Source: the human T2T-CHM13v2.0 reference genome, Homo sapiens. From it: a DNA stretch of 64,000 bases. The notes beneath the pieces were generated by a model, which saw only the letters and a program-made list of their open reading frames with translations, was not told the DNA's origin and did no database searches. Made by a program: the position numbers and the translations under genes. Shown piece after piece: positions 60,547-64,000 of this stretch. How positions within the stretch are numbered: position 1 is the stretch's first letter; each line of letters starts with the position of its first letter. The DNA lies in assembly GCF_009914755.1 (NCBI RefSeq), contig NC_060937.1. The stretch is one strand, 5' to 3'.

Positions 60547-61162
60547 TGAGAGGCCATTCTTAAATTCAATTATAAAGCATGGTTTAATCTAACACATATT
60601 TAGGTATTGCATTTTACTATGAAAATCCTATGTGAAAAAAAACACACAAAACTTAAGATTCCCAGCTACTTCAAGATTTGGAAACATTTAGCATTAAGCG
60701 CCTCTTCCATAGCTTTGAAAATTAAGCTACCCCCAGAGTTTCTCTGAACCCTTTAATCTTATTTTTGTATGCACTCTGCTTCTATGTGTGTGCCCAGGTT
60801 GCATTTCTGCTCTGCCTAAGCAGGTCTCAATCATTGTGCCCTTTCCCCAGCCATACTTTGGATATTGTACATCCCTGAGGAGGTGAAAGCTTGCAGGAAG
60901 GTCCAATAGAGCAGTGCACAGCCTTCCAAAATCTCCCTGGCCCTCTCCTGCTGCACCGCCGTCTCCAAAGCCTCCAGCTGCCTTCTTTCTGTGTTCAAAA
61001 GCCCGGGAAGGGAGTGTGATCTAATCTCTTGCTTCCCTGCTCCCTTTCGAGTGGCTGCCTCTCCTTGTTGGTCATCCTTCTACAATTTTGTTAAAGAAAC
61101 TATTGTTCCCTGACAGTTGTTGAGCACCAAATTGTAACAAGTTTTGCATAGTGAGCACTTAG

Positions 61163-61484
<322 letters not shown>

Positions 61485-62879
61485 CACTTCGGAATTTTTT
61501 ATTCTAGTAAGGAAAATGTGCTCATTTCTTCATGTTCCCCTAATTTCCCCAATCCAATTGTTACATTGCTGATGGCACTGCTGACAATCTTAAGTGCTCT
61601 TACCCGTTATTTTAATGGCACCTTCTCCATTATCCTAGATTTCTAAATTCTCTCTACCACTCCCCACCCAGCTCGGTCAAGAAGCTCAGAACACAGTGAT
61701 CAAATGGGGATCTCACCCTCTTCCTCTGCCTGCAATTCATTTTTATGTTGTTGTCTGCAGTTCACAGAGGAAGAGATACAATCAAATTGGTTTGTTCTAT
61801 TACAGATCTTTGTTTTTTAAATTTGATTTTGCCTTTTCTACTATTTTAACCATTTTATTCACCCTGTTTATTCCCAATCACAATGCTCACAGCACCTGAT
61901 CTATATATTCAATTTTTGTATTTATTCTTCTAATCCTTTTTAGCAGAGGAACCTACATAGCACTCTACATAGAACCCAAAAATAAGCGGTAATAATCATA
62001 GCCACAAATCACCTTCTCCTCTGGAATTTTCAGTGCTCCTAGACTACCTTCGAATATTACCCTCTCTTACTGCAGTGTCCTCAGTGGTGAGTACAATCTC
62101 TCTCAAACACAATAGCCGGTAGTATAAATTGAAAGAAGCTTCCTGGAGCCCAGTTTGATCATATATGTCAAAATGTAAAGTGAGCACAACACATGATTCA
62201 ACAGTGGTGATTTCCATGAAATACTGTAAAGGAAATAATCCAAGAAGAAAAAATTTTAAAATAATAGTAGCAAGTAAAGAAAAATCATGGTCTAAATAGC
62301 AAAAAAAAAAAAGGGGGGGGGCATGGCTGAGTAAATTGCAATTTATTCATCTGTGGTAGAATTAATTTTGATCAATTTATTGATGTCAAGTGTTACATTT
62401 CTTGTGGCCTTGTGTAATAGACATTTTTCATAATTTGGATGAGCAGCATCCGGTCTTATTTCTGTTTGTTATTATGTTGGTTACTTTGGGGAAGATAGTG
62501 ACTGCCTTCCTCTACAGAAACCAAAGATGCTTAGTCCTCATTTCTACACATGGCATAATCAAGAGGTATATAGGATAATACTTAGTCCTAACCAGTTGGG
62601 CGCTCTCTCAAGGGATTTTGAAACTGAGCTACTAACAATGGATGGCTTGGAAAGCAATTTCATTATGATTTAGTGCAGAATCTGACTGTTTCCTGCACTT
62701 CACTGTAGTTACAGCTGCCTGATGTTCACAGAGTCCTTGATTCCCAGGCCTGGGCAGTTAGTTTCCAAGAAAACAAGGAAAACAATCCTTACCAAAGGTT
62801 GGAAACTCTTCCAGGTATTTGATAGGTATAAACCTATTTACTCTGTACAAAACCCCATAAGTAAGTTCAATTATTATCC

Positions 62880-63341
62880 TAAGGGAGGAAACCACCCCTC
62901 ATATTGTCTTATGCCCAATTTCTGCCTCCAAAGAAAGAAAAAGTTAAAACTAACAGGCACAAATGAAATCCACAAGCAGACAGCCCGGCGCCACACCCTG
63001 GTCCTGGTAGTTAAAGATGGACCCCTGACCTAATCGGTTATGTTATCTATAGATTACAGACATTGTAGAGAAAAGCACTGTGAAAATCCCTATCCTGTTT
63101 TGTTCCGATCTAATTACCAGAGCATGCAGCCCCCAGTCACGTACCCCCTGCTTGCTCAATCGATCACGACCCTCTCACACGCACCCCCTTAGAGCTGTGA
63201 GCCCTTAAAAGGAACAGGAATTACTCACTCGTGGAGCTCGGCTCTTAAGACAGGAGTCTTGCCAATGCACCCAGCCGAGTAAACCCCTTCCTTCTTTAAC
63301 TCGGTGTCTGAGGAGTTTTGTCTGCGGCTCGTCCTGCTACA
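62880..63341 (+). mobile_element. LTR2-family (HERV-E/Harlequin) solo LTR inserted in a MIR
   Basis: taagggaggaaaccacccctcatattgtcttatgcccaatttctgcctcc...gcggctcgtcctgctaca; 4-bp TSD atcc; MIR resumes ccattttgcagg. Confidence 0.85.
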
Positions 63342-63601
63342 ATCCCATTTTGCAGGTAAGAAAACAATCTCAGAAAGGTTGTATGACTTGCTCAGGTATA
63401 CAAAGATTAAGAACAAGAATGCTGGCTGCAGAGTCTGTGACCTTCACTCTTCTTATTGCCCTTACTCTTGCCTAATTTTGTAGTCCCTTGAGAGCAAAAA
63501 TTGTGCCTGAAATGTCTTACGACCCTTTCCAGTTAAAGCAATAATTAGGCTGTTCTATGCTGTTGGCCTTAGGAGATGGATGGCACCATAGCAGGTATCA
63601 T

Positions 63602-63750
63602 GTTTTGTTTTGTTTGTTTGTTTTGCTTTTTATAGAGATGGGGTTTCACCATGTTGCCCAGGCTGGTCTCAAACTCCTGAGCTCAGGCCATCTACCCACC
63701 TACACCTCCCACTGTGCTGGGATTACAGGCGTGAGGCACTACACCTGGGG
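63602..63750 (-). mobile_element. Alu monomer (FLAM/left arm)
   Basis: tagagatggggtttcaccatgttgcccaggctgg...gattacaggcgtgag. Confidence 0.85.
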
Positions 63751-64000
63751 ATGACACAACAGAATGCAGATTATAAAAGAATCAAGTTTTTGAATGCCAG
63801 TTCAGCTTGGGTGAAAATGCCAGTTCAGAAAGGCAAAAGGCACAGGGCATACGTGAAAGGTGTGGAGAGTGCAGGTGCCCTTCACTCAAACTCAATATAG
63901 GTTTTCTCATGGTGGGGATGTCAGGGTAACAAAAATCTTTTATTAAAAAGGCTTGTACCTTGACACAATCCAATCCAAAATCCAGGTAAACAATGACAGG

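Overview
Primate (almost certainly human) genomic DNA containing the 5' end of NALF1/FAM155A, the NALCN channel auxiliary factor, on the minus strand. The gene was recognised from memory of the protein, and the locus is recalled as 13q33. Coding exon 1 runs 18640->17726 (915 nt, 305 codons, with a polyQ tract and the start of the cysteine-rich domain) inside a ~3 kb CpG island. Intron 1 fills 1-17725, and upstream sequence fills ~19.6-64 kb. The rest is mostly transposon-derived: ~17 Alus, a near full-length old L1, an L1PA2-type 3' fragment with transduced tails, a two-LTR MaLR (MST), a 3'-truncated HERV9/LTR12 provirus co-oriented with NALF1, solo THE1/MST/MLT/LTR2 LTRs and DNA-transposon relics. 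Repeat subfamily names are recalled by eye, not searched. I see no new multi-gene system. The best leads are regulatory and translational: (1) an AUG-initiated uORF reading the leader GGC repeat as polyglycine, as in NOTCH2NLC; (2) a strong cryptic 3' splice site in the leader that could accept the donor of the upstream LTR12 promoter; (3) a near-perfect REST site in intron 1; (4) a uORF whose stop overlaps the main AUG; (5) a hydrophobic in-frame intron read-through; (6) two locally templated insertions with a readable chronology.
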